Assembly: GCA_965652295.1 (NCBI GenBank)
Contig: CBFGTS010000002.1
Coordinates: forward strand, 1-64,000
Length of the DNA stretch: 64,000 nucleotides
Direction: 5' to 3'
From: an uncultured Haloferula sp.
GTDB lineage: Bacteria; Verrucomicrobiota; Verrucomicrobiia; Verrucomicrobiales; Akkermansiaceae
Made by a program: the position numbers and the translations under genes. The notes beneath the pieces were generated by a model. That model saw only the letters and a list, made by a program, of their open reading frames with translations. It had not been told where the DNA came from and made no database searches. Below are positions 9,643 through 22,252 of this stretch, in pieces (position 1 is the stretch's first letter; each line of letters opens with the position of its first letter).

Positions 9643-10146
9643 TTAGATCGGTTTGCGGTCGAGCAGGCGTGCCTTCAACGGATCGGTTGCCTGGAGGTGG
9701 GCCAGGCCAATGGCGAGGGCGTCGGCGGCATCGTGCGGCGGGGTTTCCGACAGACCGAGCAGCGCACGGATCATGAAGGCGACCTGGGCCTTGTCCGCGC
9801 GGCCGTTGCCGACGACCGCCTGCTTCACCTTGCTGGGCGCGTATTCGAAAATCGGCAGCCCGGCATCGGCGGCGGCGATCAAGGAGGCGGCACGGGCGGC
9901 CCCCATGGTGATCGCGGTGCGATGGGATTGGACATAGATGATGCCCTCCACGGCGACTTCGTCCGGCTCGTGGGTCTTGATGACGTTCGCGAGGTGCGTG
10001 CGCACTGCGGCGAGGGCGGCGGATTGCGGGATCTTCGAGGGAATGGTGATCACCTCGTAGGAAATGACCCGTGCGCCGCGGTGATCGCCCTCGATCACGG
10101 CGTATCCCGTGTTCCGGATGGCGGGGTCGATGGAAAGGACACGCAT
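9643..10146 (-). CDS. ruvC: Crossover junction endodeoxyribonuclease RuvC
   Basis: LSIDPA, VAVEG, EYAPSKVKQAVVGNGRADKAQV, HDAADALAIG. Confidence 0.95.
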   Translation of the reverse strand: MRVLSIDPAIRNTGYAVIEGDHRGARVISYEVITIPSKIPQSAALAAVRTHLANVIKTHEPDEVAVEGIIYVQSHRTAITMGAARAASLIAAADAGLPIFEYAPSKVKQAVVGNGRADKAQVAFMIRALLGLSETPPHDAADALAIGLAHLQATDPLKARLLDRKPI

Positions 10147-10149
10147 GCG

Positions 10150-10431
10150 TTACATCAGCGAGCGGGGGTCTTCACGATCGAAGCGTTTCCAATCGGTGTT
10201 GCGAAGGATTTTCATCCCGATCCAGAAGCAGGCGGTCACCAGCACGAGGCCGCCGATCAAGCCTCCTGCCAGCAGTTCCAAGCTTCGTTCCGGGCGTGCC
10301 GAAGGAGCTGCGGCAAACCATTTCCATAGCCCGTACCCGCAGAGGAGCGCCACGGGCATGGGGATCAGGAGCCCCAGGAGAATGACCGCGCAGCCGAGGG
10401 GCGTGGCACGGGTGGGGTGTCCTGAGGACAT
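10150..10431 (-). CDS. Small hypothetical membrane protein (2 TM)
   Basis: Two hydrophobic stretches; sits tightly between the DEAD helicase and ruvC on the same strand. Confidence 0.65.
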   Translation of the reverse strand: MSSGHPTRATPLGCAVILLGLLIPMPVALLCGYGLWKWFAAAPSARPERSLELLAGGLIGGLVLVTACFWIGMKILRNTDWKRFDREDPRSLM

Positions 10432-10435
10432 GGCC

Positions 10436-11626
<1,191 letters not shown>

Positions 11627-11676
11627 AGGCGGCGTGGGTACTGGGGCGGCGTGAGGCGGTCAAGGGCGCTCTCCGC

Positions 11677-12504
11677 CTATCTTGCGAGCGGGGCGAGCGG
11701 AGAGTGGATGAGCAGGCACTCCTCCAGCAGCGGCTGGATTTCCTCCAACAGCGGCTCGGTGCGGGCGAGGCGGTCGCCAAAACGGGCGTGGATGCGGCGG
11801 TGGATGCAGTCGAGGTCGACGAGAGCCTCGGCATCCGGGCGGCCGCGGACCAAGGCAGCCAGTAGCGTGTTGGCCTGCGGCAGCACCACGCAATGGAAGC
11901 CATCGTCGGTGGTGAACTCCAAGGGGGCGGACTGCCCGAGCGCCCGCAGGCGGGTCGCGATCCGATCGGCGGTTCCGATCGCACGCCGGGGATGCAGGTG
12001 GCGGGAGAGGTTGGCACTTGCGTAAGAAATGGAGGAAAGGCGCTGATCATCAAGCAGATGGGCTTCCTCGATGTGAAAGCGGTGGCTCCGTGCCTCCACG
12101 ACCTCCTCATAGCTGCGGCTGGAGAACAGGGCGTCGAGACGCCACCGCATGCGCTGGAAAAGATCCGGCTCCTCGAAAGGCCCGCGGGTGTGCTGGGCGA
12201 GGGCCCGGCGCAGCGAGGTCCGCAGCATCGCTTCGAAATCGTCGGCAAAGATCGCGGACGGCGCCAACTCGGAGTTCCGGACCAACGGCGCGAGAGCATC
12301 CACCAGATCCTGATCGGTGAAATCCGGCTCCGGAGGACGGCCGTCGGCGGTCGAGGCATCTTCCTGCTCCATGCGCGGCAGCGGGTCGGCGGGAGCAACG
12401 AGCGGCAGATTGTTCGCATCCGGAAGCGCGGGCAGCGGGGTTTTCGCCCTCGCCGGGGCAGCGAAGGTTCCGAGGGGAAGGGGGGAGATTTCGGCGACCG
12501 TCAT
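11677..12504 (-). CDS. Hypothetical protein
   Basis: ATGA overlap with the upstream gene at 12501-12504; LVDALAPLV...RWRLDALFS..SYEEVV segment. Confidence 0.65.
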   Translation of the reverse strand: MTVAEISPLPLGTFAAPARAKTPLPALPDANNLPLVAPADPLPRMEQEDASTADGRPPEPDFTDQDLVDALAPLVRNSELAPSAIFADDFEAMLRTSLRRALAQHTRGPFEEPDLFQRMRWRLDALFSSRSYEEVVEARSHRFHIEEAHLLDDQRLSSISYASANLSRHLHPRRAIGTADRIATRLRALGQSAPLEFTTDDGFHCVVLPQANTLLAALVRGRPDAEALVDLDCIHRRIHARFGDRLARTEPLLEEIQPLLEECLLIHSPLAPLAR

Positions 12505-13031
12505 GATCCGGGGGCGGGATGGAGGGTTTCGCAAAGCTGGCGGGCGGCCCCGGCGAAATTTGCCAGTGCGATCCGGACGTTCTCGTCGAGCTCGTGACGG
12601 CCGGTGGGAAGCTCCTCGCGCAGTTCCCTGATAGCGGTCTGGACGTCGTAGCGGAGCTTGTTCTCGCGGATCTCAAGGTAGCTCATGAACCCCTCCTGCC
12701 AGCGCTCAAAGCCCGGTTTGAGCTCATCGATCACGGCCTGCCGGGCTTCTTCAGCGACCTCGCGGCGCTGGCGGGCGATGGTCTGGATCTGGTGGGCGAG
12801 CCGCCGCGTTTCCTCCATCTGCCGGAGTTTTTCGGCATCAAACTCATCGCGTAGGGCGATCACCGCTTCGCCCGGATCGGGGAGAGCCGGGCTGCCGGCG
12901 ACCGGCATCGGACGCAGCGAACCTTCGAGCCGCGACAAGCGCTGCTCGACCTGCTGGAGCTGTCGGCCGACGAGGATCTCGCGGATTCTCTCGACCTGAC
13001 GGGTGGGGGAATCAGGGGGTGAGTGTGGCAT
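12501..13031 (-). CDS. Hypothetical coiled-coil protein
   Basis: VERIREILVGRQLQQVEQRLSRLE; E/R/Q-rich helical composition. Confidence 0.65.
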   Translation of the reverse strand: MPHSPPDSPTRQVERIREILVGRQLQQVEQRLSRLEGSLRPMPVAGSPALPDPGEAVIALRDEFDAEKLRQMEETRRLAHQIQTIARQRREVAEEARQAVIDELKPGFERWQEGFMSYLEIRENKLRYDVQTAIRELREELPTGRHELDENVRIALANFAGAARQLCETLHPAPGS

Positions 13032-13211
13032 GGGTGATGCGCACGCGGGGGGTGAACACGGAATGATTACGCGATCCCGTAGGACCAGGAAAGCGGAAGA
13101 TTGGCATTTCGCTTTCGGCGACGGTTAGGAGAGGTGAAAGGAATTTTTTAACGTCTCCTTATGACGAGGCGGTGAAAGACATCGGGGTGGGAGCGTGGTA
13201 GAGTGCCCCGC

Positions 13212-13889
13212 ATGCCGGACGAGGAGAAAGAGGACAAGGAGCGCGAAAAGGTGTTGAAGGAAGCTTACGAGCGGACCCGCAAGAGCCTCATCGCCCGGCT
13301 CGACAACTGGGAGGACCAGCGCACCTGGGACGAGTTCTACCAGACCTATTGGCGGCTGATCTACGCGGTGGCGATCAAGGCCGGGTTGCGGCCGGAAGAA
13401 GCTCACGATTGCGTTCAGGAAACCATCCTCTCGATCGCCAAGCAGAGCAAAAAGAAGCTCTACGATCCCGAGCAGGGTTCGTTCAAAACGTGGCTGATGA
13501 ACATGACCCGCTGGCGGATCAACGACCAGTTCCGGAAGCGGAAGAAGGACACCGCCATGGCGGGCGGGGATTGGGACGATGGTCGGAAGACGGCGGTGAT
13601 CGATCGCTTTGAAGACCCGAAGGGAGACCTGTTGGAGCGCCTTTGGGACGTGGAGTGGAAGAAAAACGTCGCGGATGCGGCGCTGGCCCGGGTGAAGGCC
13701 AAGGTCTCGCCCAAGCAGTATCAGATCTTCGACTACTACGTGATCCGCCAGTGGGATGCCAAGCGGGTCCAGGACCACCTCGGCGTGAGCATGGCCCAAG
13801 TCTATCTCGCCAAGCATCGGGTCGGGGCTGTATTGAAAAAGGAGCTAGCCCGATTGGAGGAGAATGCCGACGACGAGACTCCGGCCTGA
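13212..13889 (+). CDS. ECF sigma-70 factor
   Basis: Region 2 (WDEFYQTYWRLIY, AHDCVQET, GSFKTWL) and region 4 HTH (LGVSMAQVYLAKHRV). Confidence 0.92.
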   Translation: MPDEEKEDKEREKVLKEAYERTRKSLIARLDNWEDQRTWDEFYQTYWRLIYAVAIKAGLRPEEAHDCVQETILSIAKQSKKKLYDPEQGSFKTWLMNMTRWRINDQFRKRKKDTAMAGGDWDDGRKTAVIDRFEDPKGDLLERLWDVEWKKNVADAALARVKAKVSPKQYQIFDYYVIRQWDAKRVQDHLGVSMAQVYLAKHRVGAVLKKELARLEENADDETPA

Positions 13890-16473
13890 CCCGGTTATCC
13901 CTGACCACGAGGTGCTTCGCCGGATCGGTGGAGGCGCCTACGGAGAGGTGTGGCTGGCGCGCGGGGTCACCGGAGCGCTGAGAGCGGTGAAGGTCCTGTG
14001 GCGCGAGGACTTCGAGGACGAACGGGGCTTCGAGCGGGAGTTCGAGGGGATTCTGAAATACGAACCCGTCTCGCGCGATCACCCGGGACTGGTGAACGTT
14101 CTCCACGTCGGTCGCAGCCTGGGCGCACCGGCGTTCTACTATTACGTGATGGAGCTCGGGGACGACATCGTCACCGGTGCCGATATCAATCCCATCGAGT
14201 ACGAAGCGCGGACGCTGGGCTCGGACATCAAGAACGCGGGCAAGCGACCGTTGGAGACGGCCTTCTGCATCGATGTGGGCCAGCGGCTCGCCGAGGCGCT
14301 TCAGCACCTGCATGATCTCGGGCTGGCACATCGCGACGTGAAGCCGTCGAACGTGATTTTCGTCAACGACCGGGCGAAGCTCGCCGACATCGGGCTGGTG
14401 GCGATCCGTGGGCAGCGGACCTTTGTCGGAACGGAGGGCTTCGTCCCGCCGGAAGGCCCCGGCTCGGCGCAGGCGGACGTCTATTCGCTGGGAAAAGTGC
14501 TTTATGAAATGGCCACCGGGAAGGACCGCCTGGACTTCCCCGAGCTGCCCGACGAACTCCCGCCCGGCGCGGAGCGCCGCGAGTGGCTGGAGCTGAACCG
14601 CATCATTTGCGGAGTTTGCGATCCGCAGATTTCGCGGCGTACCATCACTTCCGCCGGCGATCTTGCCCGGGCCCTGGCCGACCTGCGTGCGGGGAAACGT
14701 CGTCGCCGCCGTCGGCCGGTGGGTGCGTTTCTGGCCTCGTTGTGCATTGGGGCAGGCCTGACGTGGGCCGGCTGGGAGGCATTCCATCGATTCGATCTCG
14801 GGACGCGTCTCGGTTTCCTGGCTCCGCCGTCCGTCGAGGTGCCGGAAAGGGTGGCCTTCATCAAGGTCACCAGCACGCCCGATGGTGCCGACGTTTTCCA
14901 AGTGACCGGGGAAGGGGATGCGGAGTTTCTAGGCAGGACGCCCACGGATGTCATCGAGACGCGTGTGGGCCGTCCTTTTTCGCTCCGGATGGTCAAGGAC
15001 GGCTATCGACCCTACGAACTGGAAACCGTGGTGCCGATGTCGGCGCGGGATGAACCGCTGACCATCACCGCCCTGCTCAGCGTCTTTTCGCCGCCGCAGC
15101 AGGACACGCCTTGGATCGATCACCTCGACGAGGAATTCCGCCCCTTGGGCGAGGGTCACGAAAGCCTTCTGCCGGTGGGTCCGGAGGCTTGGGGGAGGTT
15201 CGTGGACGCGACCGAGATGACCGGCGAGCAATCCGAAGTCCTGACCGGTGCCGGGGAGCTTCCGGAGACGGTGGCCGTCTCGCCCGAGGCTGCCCGGGCT
15301 TTCTGCAAGTGGTATGTCACCACCGGGCTCGCCGCGGGTTATCTCACCGCCGACCACGAAGCCGTCCCCCGACCCGTGGGGAACTTCTCCGACGTTCTCT
15401 TATCGGAGGCGAACCGCGGCAAGGACTGGAAACCGTTCCGCCTGCTGGTGCGGCCCATTCCCTACGGGCGGCTTGTCATCAGGACCGTCCCGCCGGGTGC
15501 TGACATCTACGTCAATGATCGTAGCGAGGGGGCCGCTGAAAACGCCTTGGTCGTGGATCGGGTGAAGCCCGGCGAGGTCGAGATCAGGGCGGTGCTGGAG
15601 GGCTATAAGTCCGAGAGCCGCACCCTCACTCTCGATCCCCGCGAGACCGCGCGTGTCGAAATCCCGCTCCAACAGAATCTCAGCGCGGTGCTCGATCGTG
15701 AGTGGGAGAACTCGCTCGGCATGCGCCTGATCCCGGCCGGCAAGGATTGGATGGCATCTGCGTGGGAAACCCGCTGGGTCGACTATCGGGCTTACTGCGA
15801 GGCCACGCGGGAGCCGATGCCGCCGACGCCGGAGTGGTCGGATGAGCTTGAGGAGGGCGACTCTCTCGATTTGCACCCGGTGATCCTCGTCTCACGTGAC
15901 GAGTGCGAGGGCTTTTGCGCTTGGCTGACGCTCAAGGAACGCTCCGAGGACCGCTTGGGGCCCACCTTGGAATACCGCCTGCCGACCGACCGCGAATGGA
16001 GTCTGCTCGCGGGAGTGGAGGAGCCGGAGAATATCTCTCCGGCGCGGCGCGATCAGATGAAGGCGCGGATTTTCCCGTGGGGAAATGCCTGGCCGCCTCC
16101 CGGGGTGGTCGGAAATCTGGCGGGCATCGGTGCCGGGCTGCCGAGCAACCGCATGATCCCCGGCTACCACGATGGCTTCGTCAACACCTCGCCCGTCGGC
16201 TCGTTTCCGCCGACGGTGGATGGCATCTACGATCTGGTCGGCAACGTCCAGGAATGGGTGACGGATTCCTACAGCTCCAGCGCTCTGGCGATCGAGACCG
16301 GAGTGCTCCGCGGCGGCGGTTGGCGGAGCTATCAGGAAAAGGACCTCTACATCGGCGCACGCAACCCCCAGCCGCCCGCGGCGCGCGACTCCACCTACGG
16401 TTTCCGCGTCGTACTCGCGAAACGCATTGTTTCCGCGGCGTCCACGCAAGATGCTGGGGCCGAAGATGGTTAG
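13864..16473 (+). CDS. Membrane Ser/Thr protein kinase with PEGA and FGE-sulfatase (SUMF1) domains
   Basis: IGGGAYGEVW, AVK, HRDVKPSN, DIG; TM ~aa 287-305; PEGA-like STPDGADV and TVPPGADIYVN; FGE-like YRLPTDREW, DLVGNVQEW, RGGGW, GFRVV. Confidence 0.92.
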   Translation: MPTTRLRPDPVIPDHEVLRRIGGGAYGEVWLARGVTGALRAVKVLWREDFEDERGFEREFEGILKYEPVSRDHPGLVNVLHVGRSLGAPAFYYYVMELGDDIVTGADINPIEYEARTLGSDIKNAGKRPLETAFCIDVGQRLAEALQHLHDLGLAHRDVKPSNVIFVNDRAKLADIGLVAIRGQRTFVGTEGFVPPEGPGSAQADVYSLGKVLYEMATGKDRLDFPELPDELPPGAERREWLELNRIICGVCDPQISRRTITSAGDLARALADLRAGKRRRRRRPVGAFLASLCIGAGLTWAGWEAFHRFDLGTRLGFLAPPSVEVPERVAFIKVTSTPDGADVFQVTGEGDAEFLGRTPTDVIETRVGRPFSLRMVKDGYRPYELETVVPMSARDEPLTITALLSVFSPPQQDTPWIDHLDEEFRPLGEGHESLLPVGPEAWGRFVDATEMTGEQSEVLTGAGELPETVAVSPEAARAFCKWYVTTGLAAGYLTADHEAVPRPVGNFSDVLLSEANRGKDWKPFRLLVRPIPYGRLVIRTVPPGADIYVNDRSEGAAENALVVDRVKPGEVEIRAVLEGYKSESRTLTLDPRETARVEIPLQQNLSAVLDREWENSLGMRLIPAGKDWMASAWETRWVDYRAYCEATREPMPPTPEWSDELEEGDSLDLHPVILVSRDECEGFCAWLTLKERSEDRLGPTLEYRLPTDREWSLLAGVEEPENISPARRDQMKARIFPWGNAWPPPGVVGNLAGIGAGLPSNRMIPGYHDGFVNTSPVGSFPPTVDGIYDLVGNVQEWVTDSYSSSALAIETGVLRGGGWRSYQEKDLYIGARNPQPPAARDSTYGFRVVLAKRIVSAASTQDAGAEDG

Positions 16474-16876
16474 CATTCAGCTCGAATATCAGGGTGGCCT
16501 GCATTGCGCCGCCGTCCACGGGCCCTCCGGCTCCACCCTCGAAACCGACGCTCCAGTCGATAACAACGGGCGCGGCGAGGCCTTTTCGCCCACCGATCTC
16601 GTCGCCACCGCGCTGGGCTCCTGCATGCTCACGATCATGGGCATCGTGGCCGCACGCAAGGAACTGCCGATGGAAGGGGCCCGGGTGAACGTCCGCAAGT
16701 TCATGTCCGCCGACACGCCCCGTCGGATTTCCCGGCTCGAAGTCGATTTGGAAATCCCACTCCCGTCCGATCACCCGGAGCGCGCCATGCTCGAAGCAGC
16801 CGGAAGAGGTTGCCCGGTCTTTCAGAGCATTCATCCCGAAATCGAAGTGGAGCTGAACTGGCGCTGGATCGGTTGA
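16466..16876 (+). CDS. OsmC family protein
   Basis: TDAPVDNNGRGEAFSPTDLVATALGSC ... CPVFQSI. Confidence 0.9.
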   Translation: MVSIQLEYQGGLHCAAVHGPSGSTLETDAPVDNNGRGEAFSPTDLVATALGSCMLTIMGIVAARKELPMEGARVNVRKFMSADTPRRISRLEVDLEIPLPSDHPERAMLEAAGRGCPVFQSIHPEIEVELNWRWIG

Positions 16877-16981
16877 AACACCTCGCGCTGCACATTTCCG
16901 GGAAAACTCCTTGCACCGCATAGCAGGGAATGCACAGTCCCGGCACACGAAAGATTACAAAACAAAGCAAAACACTAAGGT

Positions 16982-18748
16982 ATGCTTCCGCCCAACGCCC
17001 CTTTGACTCTCGACCAGCGTGGTCGTTTTGACGCGCTGCTCGCCGAACTTTCCCCGGACCAGCAATCCTGGCTTGGCGGATGGCTGACCGCCCGCACCGG
17101 AGGCGCGCCCGCGCTTGCCGTCGCGCCGAAGGCTTCGGTGCCACTGACCATCCTCTACGGCACGGAGTCCGGAAACTCCGAGGAGCTGGCCGCCCGAACC
17201 GCCAAGACGGCGAAGGGGAAAGGCTTCAAGCCGACCGTCAAGAACATGGCCGACCTCGCCCCCGCCGACCTCGCGAAATCCGAGCGGCTGCTGGTGATCG
17301 TGAGCACCTGGGGCGATGGCGAACCGCCGGAAGCCGCGGTCTCTTTTTACAAGAGCCTGATGAGTGAGAAAGTGGATCTGTCGAAGATCTCGTTCTCCGT
17401 CTGCGCGCTGGGCGACACGTCCTACGAGCAGTTCTGCAAGACCGGCAAGGACGTCGATGCCCGCCTCGCGGAGCTTGGAGGAAAGCGCGTCGCCGACCGC
17501 CGCGATTGCGACGTCGATTACGAGGATCTTTACAGCGAGTGGGCCGAGGCCGCGCTCTCCGCGCTCGCGCCTGCCCAGGCGGCCGCGCTGCCGGTTGCCG
17601 CCGTGCCGACCGCGATCGGCTCGCAGTTTGGAAAGAAGAACCCGTTCCCCGCGGAGCTGCTCGACAAGGTGCTGCTCAACGGCAAGGGCACGGCGAAGGA
17701 AACCTGGCACTACGAACTCTCCCTCGAAGGCTCCGGTCTGGTCTATGAACCGGGCGACGCACTCGCCGTGCTGCCGGTCAACGCGCCGGACATGGTCGAG
17801 AGCTTGCTCAAGGCCTCGAAACTCAGCGGCTCGGAAACCGTCGAACTGAAGGGCGGCGAGAAGAAGGTCTTGGCCGACGCGCTGCGCGAGGACTTCGAGA
17901 TCACCACACTTTCCAAGGCGGTGCTCAAGAAGTTGCTCGACGTCGCGCCCTCGAAGAAGCTCGAAGGACTGCTGGCCGATGACGCCAAGGAAGACCTGCG
18001 CGAATACCTCTGGGGCCGCTGGATCGCCGATGCCGTTGCCGAGTTCGCGCCCGACGGTCTCCCGGTGGATGCGCTCGCCGGCATCATGCGCAAGCTGCCG
18101 CCGCGGCTTTACTCGATCGCCTCCAGCCCGCTGGAACATCCGGACGAAGTCCACCTCACCGTCGCCTCCGTTCGCTACGATGCTCATGGTAGTTTGCGCA
18201 AGGGCGTGGCTTCCACCTACCTCGCCGATCTGGTGAAGAAGGGCGATTCGGTCCCCGTGTTCACCCAGCCGAACAAGAACTTCCGCCTGCCCGAAGCCTC
18301 CGATACCCCGATCATCATGGTCGGCCCCGGGACCGGCATCGCGCCGTTCCGGGCCTTCGTCGAGCACCGTGCCGCGACCGGAGCCACGGGAAAAAACTGG
18401 CTGTTCTTCGGTGACCAGCGTTTCACCTACGACTTCCTCTACCAGCTCGAGTGGCAGGACCACCTCAAGAACGGCACCCTGCACAAGCTCGACGTCGCCT
18501 TCTCCCGCGATCAGCCGGAAAAGGTCTACGTCCAGGATCGCATCCGCGAACGTGCCAGCGAGCTCTTCGCGTGGCTGGAGCAGGGGGCCCATTTCTACGT
18601 CTGTGGCGACGCCTCGCGCATGGCCCACGATGTCAACGAGGCACTTATCGAAGCCATCATTTCCGCCGGCGGCCGCAAACGCGAAGAGGCCGAGGCCTAC
18701 ATCGAGGACCTCAAGAAGTCCAAGCGCTACCAGCGCGACGTTTACTGA
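16982..18748 (+). CDS. cysJ: Sulfite reductase (NADPH) flavoprotein subunit
   Basis: Flavodoxin [41 protein letters not shown]-terminal RYQRDVY. Confidence 0.95.
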   Translation: MLPPNAPLTLDQRGRFDALLAELSPDQQSWLGGWLTARTGGAPALAVAPKASVPLTILYGTESGNSEELAARTAKTAKGKGFKPTVKNMADLAPADLAKSERLLVIVSTWGDGEPPEAAVSFYKSLMSEKVDLSKISFSVCALGDTSYEQFCKTGKDVDARLAELGGKRVADRRDCDVDYEDLYSEWAEAALSALAPAQAAALPVAAVPTAIGSQFGKKNPFPAELLDKVLLNGKGTAKETWHYELSLEGSGLVYEPGDALAVLPVNAPDMVESLLKASKLSGSETVELKGGEKKVLADALREDFEITTLSKAVLKKLLDVAPSKKLEGLLADDAKEDLREYLWGRWIADAVAEFAPDGLPVDALAGIMRKLPPRLYSIASSPLEHPDEVHLTVASVRYDAHGSLRKGVASTYLADLVKKGDSVPVFTQPNKNFRLPEASDTPIIMVGPGTGIAPFRAFVEHRAATGATGKNWLFFGDQRFTYDFLYQLEWQDHLKNGTLHKLDVAFSRDQPEKVYVQDRIRERASELFAWLEQGAHFYVCGDASRMAHDVNEALIEAIISAGGRKREEAEAYIEDLKKSKRYQRDVY

Positions 18749-18786
18749 ACCCCATCTGCAATCTTCAAACCACCATCTTCAATCCG

Positions 18787-20508
18787 ATGAGCGAGAAACC
18801 ACTTTCCGCCAACGAGGGCCTCAAAACCGCCTCGAATTTCCTGCGCGGCACCATTGCCGAGGAACTGGCCGATCTGTCCACCGGCGCGGTCACCGAGGGC
18901 AGCAACCAGCTCCTCAAGTTCCACGGCACCTATCTTCAGGACGATCGCGACCTGCGCGCCGACCGCCGCAGCCACAAGCTCGACAAGGCTTACTCCTTCA
19001 TGCTGCGCATCCGCCTGCCCGGCGGCCTTGCGACGCCGAAGCAGTGGCTGGAAACCGACCGCATGGCCGACCAGTTCGCCAACGGCACGATCAAGCTCAC
19101 CACGCGCCAGGCGTTCCAGCTTCACGGCATCATCAAGTCGAACCTGAAACGGACGATCAAGGAGATCAATGACACCGCCATGGATACCATCGCGGCCTGC
19201 GGCGACGTGAACCGCAACGTGATGTGCAATCCCAACCCGCACCTCAGCTCCATCCACGAGGAGGTGCAGCGTGCCGCCCAGGCGATTTCCGATCACCTCA
19301 CGCCGCGGACCCGTGCCTACCACGAGATCTGGCTCGATGGCGAAAAGCTCGCCAGCTCCGAGGAAGAGGTCGAGCCGATCTACGGCAAGACCTACCTGCC
19401 GCGGAAGTTCAAGATCACCATCGCCGTTCCGCCATCGAACGACGTCGATATCTTCGCCAACGACCTGTCGTTCATCGCCATCGTCGAAAAGGGGGAACTC
19501 GTCGGCTACAACGTCGCGGTCGGCGGCGGCTTCGGCATGACCCACGGCAACGAGGCCACCTTTCCCCGGCTGGCCGACGTGATCGGTTTCTGCACGCCCG
19601 AGCAGATCGTCGACGTGTCGGAAAAGGTCGTGCTCGTGCAGCGTGACTTCGGCGATCGCACCGATCGCAAGCACGCCCGCTTGAAGTATACCATCGAAGA
19701 CCGCGGTGTGGAGTGGTTCAAGGCGGAGCTGAACAAGTATCTCGGCTACGATCTCGAGGAAGCACGTCCCTATGAGTTCACCGACAACGGCGACCGCTAC
19801 GGCTGGACCACCGACGACCGCGGCGTGCATCACTTCACGCTCTTCGTGCAGGGCGGCCGCGTGGTCGATGCCCACGGCTATCCGATGCGCACCGGCCTGC
19901 GGGAGATCGCCAAGGTCCATCAGGGCGACTTCCGCCTGACCGCGAACCAGAACCTCATGATCGCCAACGTGACCGACGAACGTCGTCCGGAAATCGAGGC
20001 GATGCTCGAGAAATACGGGATGCATCGTAGTCATGAGCGCAGCGCGCTGCGCCTCGCCTCGATCGCCTGCGTCGCCCTGCCGACCTGCGGCCTGGCCCTG
20101 GCCGAGGCCGAGCGCTACCTTCCGGACGTGATCACGCTGCTGGAGGAGAAGCTCGAAAGCTTCGGCCTGCGGCACGACTCGATCACCATCCGCATGACCG
20201 GCTGCCCCAACGGTTGCGGCCGTCCCTACATCGCCGAGATCGGCTTCGTCGGTCGTGGCCCGGACCGCTACAACCTCTACCTCGGTGGTGGTCACGCCGG
20301 TGACCGGCTCAACAAGCTCTACCGCCAGGACCTGCCGGCGTCGGAGATCATCGAGACGCTTTCACCCATCCTCGAACGCTACGCCAAGGAGCGGGAGGAA
20401 GGGGAGAAGTTCGGCGATTTCGTGATCCGCGCCGGCTATGTGGTTGCCACGCAGCAGGGCGCGGATTTCCACGCCAACATCAAGCCCGAGGCGCTCGCCA
20501 CTGCATGA
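18787..20508 (+). CDS. cysI: Sulfite reductase hemoprotein subunit
   Basis: [49 protein letters not shown]. Confidence 0.95.
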   Translation: MSEKPLSANEGLKTASNFLRGTIAEELADLSTGAVTEGSNQLLKFHGTYLQDDRDLRADRRSHKLDKAYSFMLRIRLPGGLATPKQWLETDRMADQFANGTIKLTTRQAFQLHGIIKSNLKRTIKEINDTAMDTIAACGDVNRNVMCNPNPHLSSIHEEVQRAAQAISDHLTPRTRAYHEIWLDGEKLASSEEEVEPIYGKTYLPRKFKITIAVPPSNDVDIFANDLSFIAIVEKGELVGYNVAVGGGFGMTHGNEATFPRLADVIGFCTPEQIVDVSEKVVLVQRDFGDRTDRKHARLKYTIEDRGVEWFKAELNKYLGYDLEEARPYEFTDNGDRYGWTTDDRGVHHFTLFVQGGRVVDAHGYPMRTGLREIAKVHQGDFRLTANQNLMIANVTDERRPEIEAMLEKYGMHRSHERSALRLASIACVALPTCGLALAEAERYLPDVITLLEEKLESFGLRHDSITIRMTGCPNGCGRPYIAEIGFVGRGPDRYNLYLGGGHAGDRLNKLYRQDLPASEIIETLSPILERYAKEREEGEKFGDFVIRAGYVVATQQGADFHANIKPEALATA

Positions 20509-21224
20509 AGACCGATACGATCCACGCTGACGATCTCAGCGCCGAACTCGCCCCGCTCGCCGCCGGTGACCGGCTGCGCCTGCTGGTCGAGGCGTTCGGC
20601 GACGGACTCGTCGCGTCCACCAGCTTCGGCCTGCAGTCAGCCGTGATGCTGGATCTCATCGCCGAGCACGCGCCCACGCTGCCGGTCATCTTCATCGACA
20701 CCGGCTACCTGTTTCCTGAGACCTACCAGTACGCCGAGGAGCTGGTGGCGCGCTTCGGCACCGACCTTCGCGTCTACATGCCGAAGCTAACCTCCGCACG
20801 GATCGAGGCCGTTCATGGCAGGCTGTGGGAACAGGGGAAAGAGGGTCTCGACCGCTACGGAGTCCTCACCAAGATCGAGCCGATGGACCGCGCGCTCAAG
20901 GATCTCGACGCTACCGCCTGGATCAGCGGCTTGCGCCGCAGCCACTCCAGCACCCGGGCCGAGCGGCCGTTCGCGGAGAAGCAGAACCGCATGATGAAGG
21001 TCTACCCGATCCTCGATTGGGCCGACGCGCAGGTTTCCGCCTACATGCACGATCGCCACTTGCCGCCGCATCCGTTGGCGGCTCAAGGTTACGTGACGAT
21101 GGGTGACTGGCACAGCACGGCACCCGCCGCGGACGGCCTCGACGCCGAAGCCACCCGTTTCAACGGACAGAAATACGAATGCGGACTCCACCTCGAGTCC
21201 GGCGAAACCGACTTCCAGATCTGA
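20505..21224 (+). CDS. cysH: PAPS/APS reductase
   Basis: [28 protein letters not shown]-terminal ECGLH; no Fe-S cysteine pair, so PAPS-type. Confidence 0.93.
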   Translation: MKTDTIHADDLSAELAPLAAGDRLRLLVEAFGDGLVASTSFGLQSAVMLDLIAEHAPTLPVIFIDTGYLFPETYQYAEELVARFGTDLRVYMPKLTSARIEAVHGRLWEQGKEGLDRYGVLTKIEPMDRALKDLDATAWISGLRRSHSSTRAERPFAEKQNRMMKVYPILDWADAQVSAYMHDRHLPPHPLAAQGYVTMGDWHSTAPAADGLDAEATRFNGQKYECGLHLESGETDFQI

Positions 21225-21244
21225 ACTCCTAAATCCCTAGTACC

Positions 21245-22204
21245 ATGCCCATCGCAGAGAACATGGTTGCCACCGTCGGCAACACCCCGCTCATCCGCCT
21301 CAACAAACTCACCGCCGGACTCGACGCCGAGGTCTGTGTGAAGGCGGAATTTTTCAACCCGCTCTTCAGTGTGAAGGACCGTATCGGGAAGGCCATGATC
21401 GAGGCCGCCGAAAAGGACGGCACGCTCAAGCCCGGCGGATTGATCATCGAGCCGACCTCCGGGAACACCGGCATCGCACTCGCTTTCGTGGCCCGCGCCA
21501 AGGGTTACCGCTGCATCCTCACCATGCCGGAAAGCATGTCGATCGAGCGCCGTGTGCTGTTGCGTCTGCTCGGTGCCGAGATCGTGCTCACGCCGCGCGC
21601 CAAGGGCATGGGCGGAGCGATCGCCAAGGCCAAGCAACTCGTCGAGGACAACCCGGGTTCGTTCGGCCCCGGCCAGTTCGACAACCCGGCCAACCCGCAG
21701 GTCCACCGCGAAACGACCGCCGAGGAAATCTGGCGGGATACCGACGGGAGGATCGACGCCTTCGTCGCAGGCGTCGGCACCGGTGGCACGATCACCGGCG
21801 TGGGCGAGGTGCTGAAATCCCGCTGCGATCTCAAGGTGATCGCCGTCGAGCCGACCGCCAGTCCGGTCATTTCCGGCGGTCAGCCGGGCCCGCACATGAT
21901 CCAGGGCATCGGTGCCGGCTTCATCCCGGGGAACCTGAACGTGGACATCATCGATGAAACCATCCAGGTCACCAACGAGGACGCCTTCGCCACGGCGCAG
22001 GCGCTGGCGCAGGATGAAGGAATCCCGGCCGGCATCTCGACCGGAGCCAACGTCTGGGCCGCCCTGCAGGTCGCGAAGCGCCCGGAGTTCGCCGGCAAGC
22101 GCATCGTCACCGTCGGCTGCTCCTCGACCGAGCGCTACCTCTCGACGCTGCTGGCCGAGAAGGTCCGTGACGAGGTCACCCAACTCCCGGTGGCGGACGT
22201 CTGA
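21245..22204 (+). CDS. cysK: Cysteine synthase A
   Basis: GNTPL, SVKDRIG (PLP Lys), [30 protein letters not shown]. Confidence 0.95.
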   Translation: MPIAENMVATVGNTPLIRLNKLTAGLDAEVCVKAEFFNPLFSVKDRIGKAMIEAAEKDGTLKPGGLIIEPTSGNTGIALAFVARAKGYRCILTMPESMSIERRVLLRLLGAEIVLTPRAKGMGGAIAKAKQLVEDNPGSFGPGQFDNPANPQVHRETTAEEIWRDTDGRIDAFVAGVGTGGTITGVGEVLKSRCDLKVIAVEPTASPVISGGQPGPHMIQGIGAGFIPGNLNVDIIDETIQVTNEDAFATAQALAQDEGIPAGISTGANVWAALQVAKRPEFAGKRIVTVGCSSTERYLSTLLAEKVRDEVTQLPVADV

Positions 22205-22218
22205 TCGACCTCTTTATG

Positions 22219-22252
22219 AAAAGCCCGGCTGCGCGAGCGGCCGGGCTTTTTT
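22219..22252. terminator. Bidirectional rho-independent terminator
   Basis: AAAAGCCCGGC-loop-GCCGGGCTTTTTT between convergent genes. Confidence 0.85.

Noticed and set aside
18451..18786. N-terminal extension of cysI (also the track's long starts for dnaB, lipB, hisB, mad5, mad7)
   Set aside because: Extensions overlap neighbouring genes or lack family similarity; downstream starts fit better.
16982..22204. Functional link between cysJIHK and the DndFGH-like module
   Set aside because: Ordinary host sulfur-assimilation operon outside the island; no phosphorothioation genes present.
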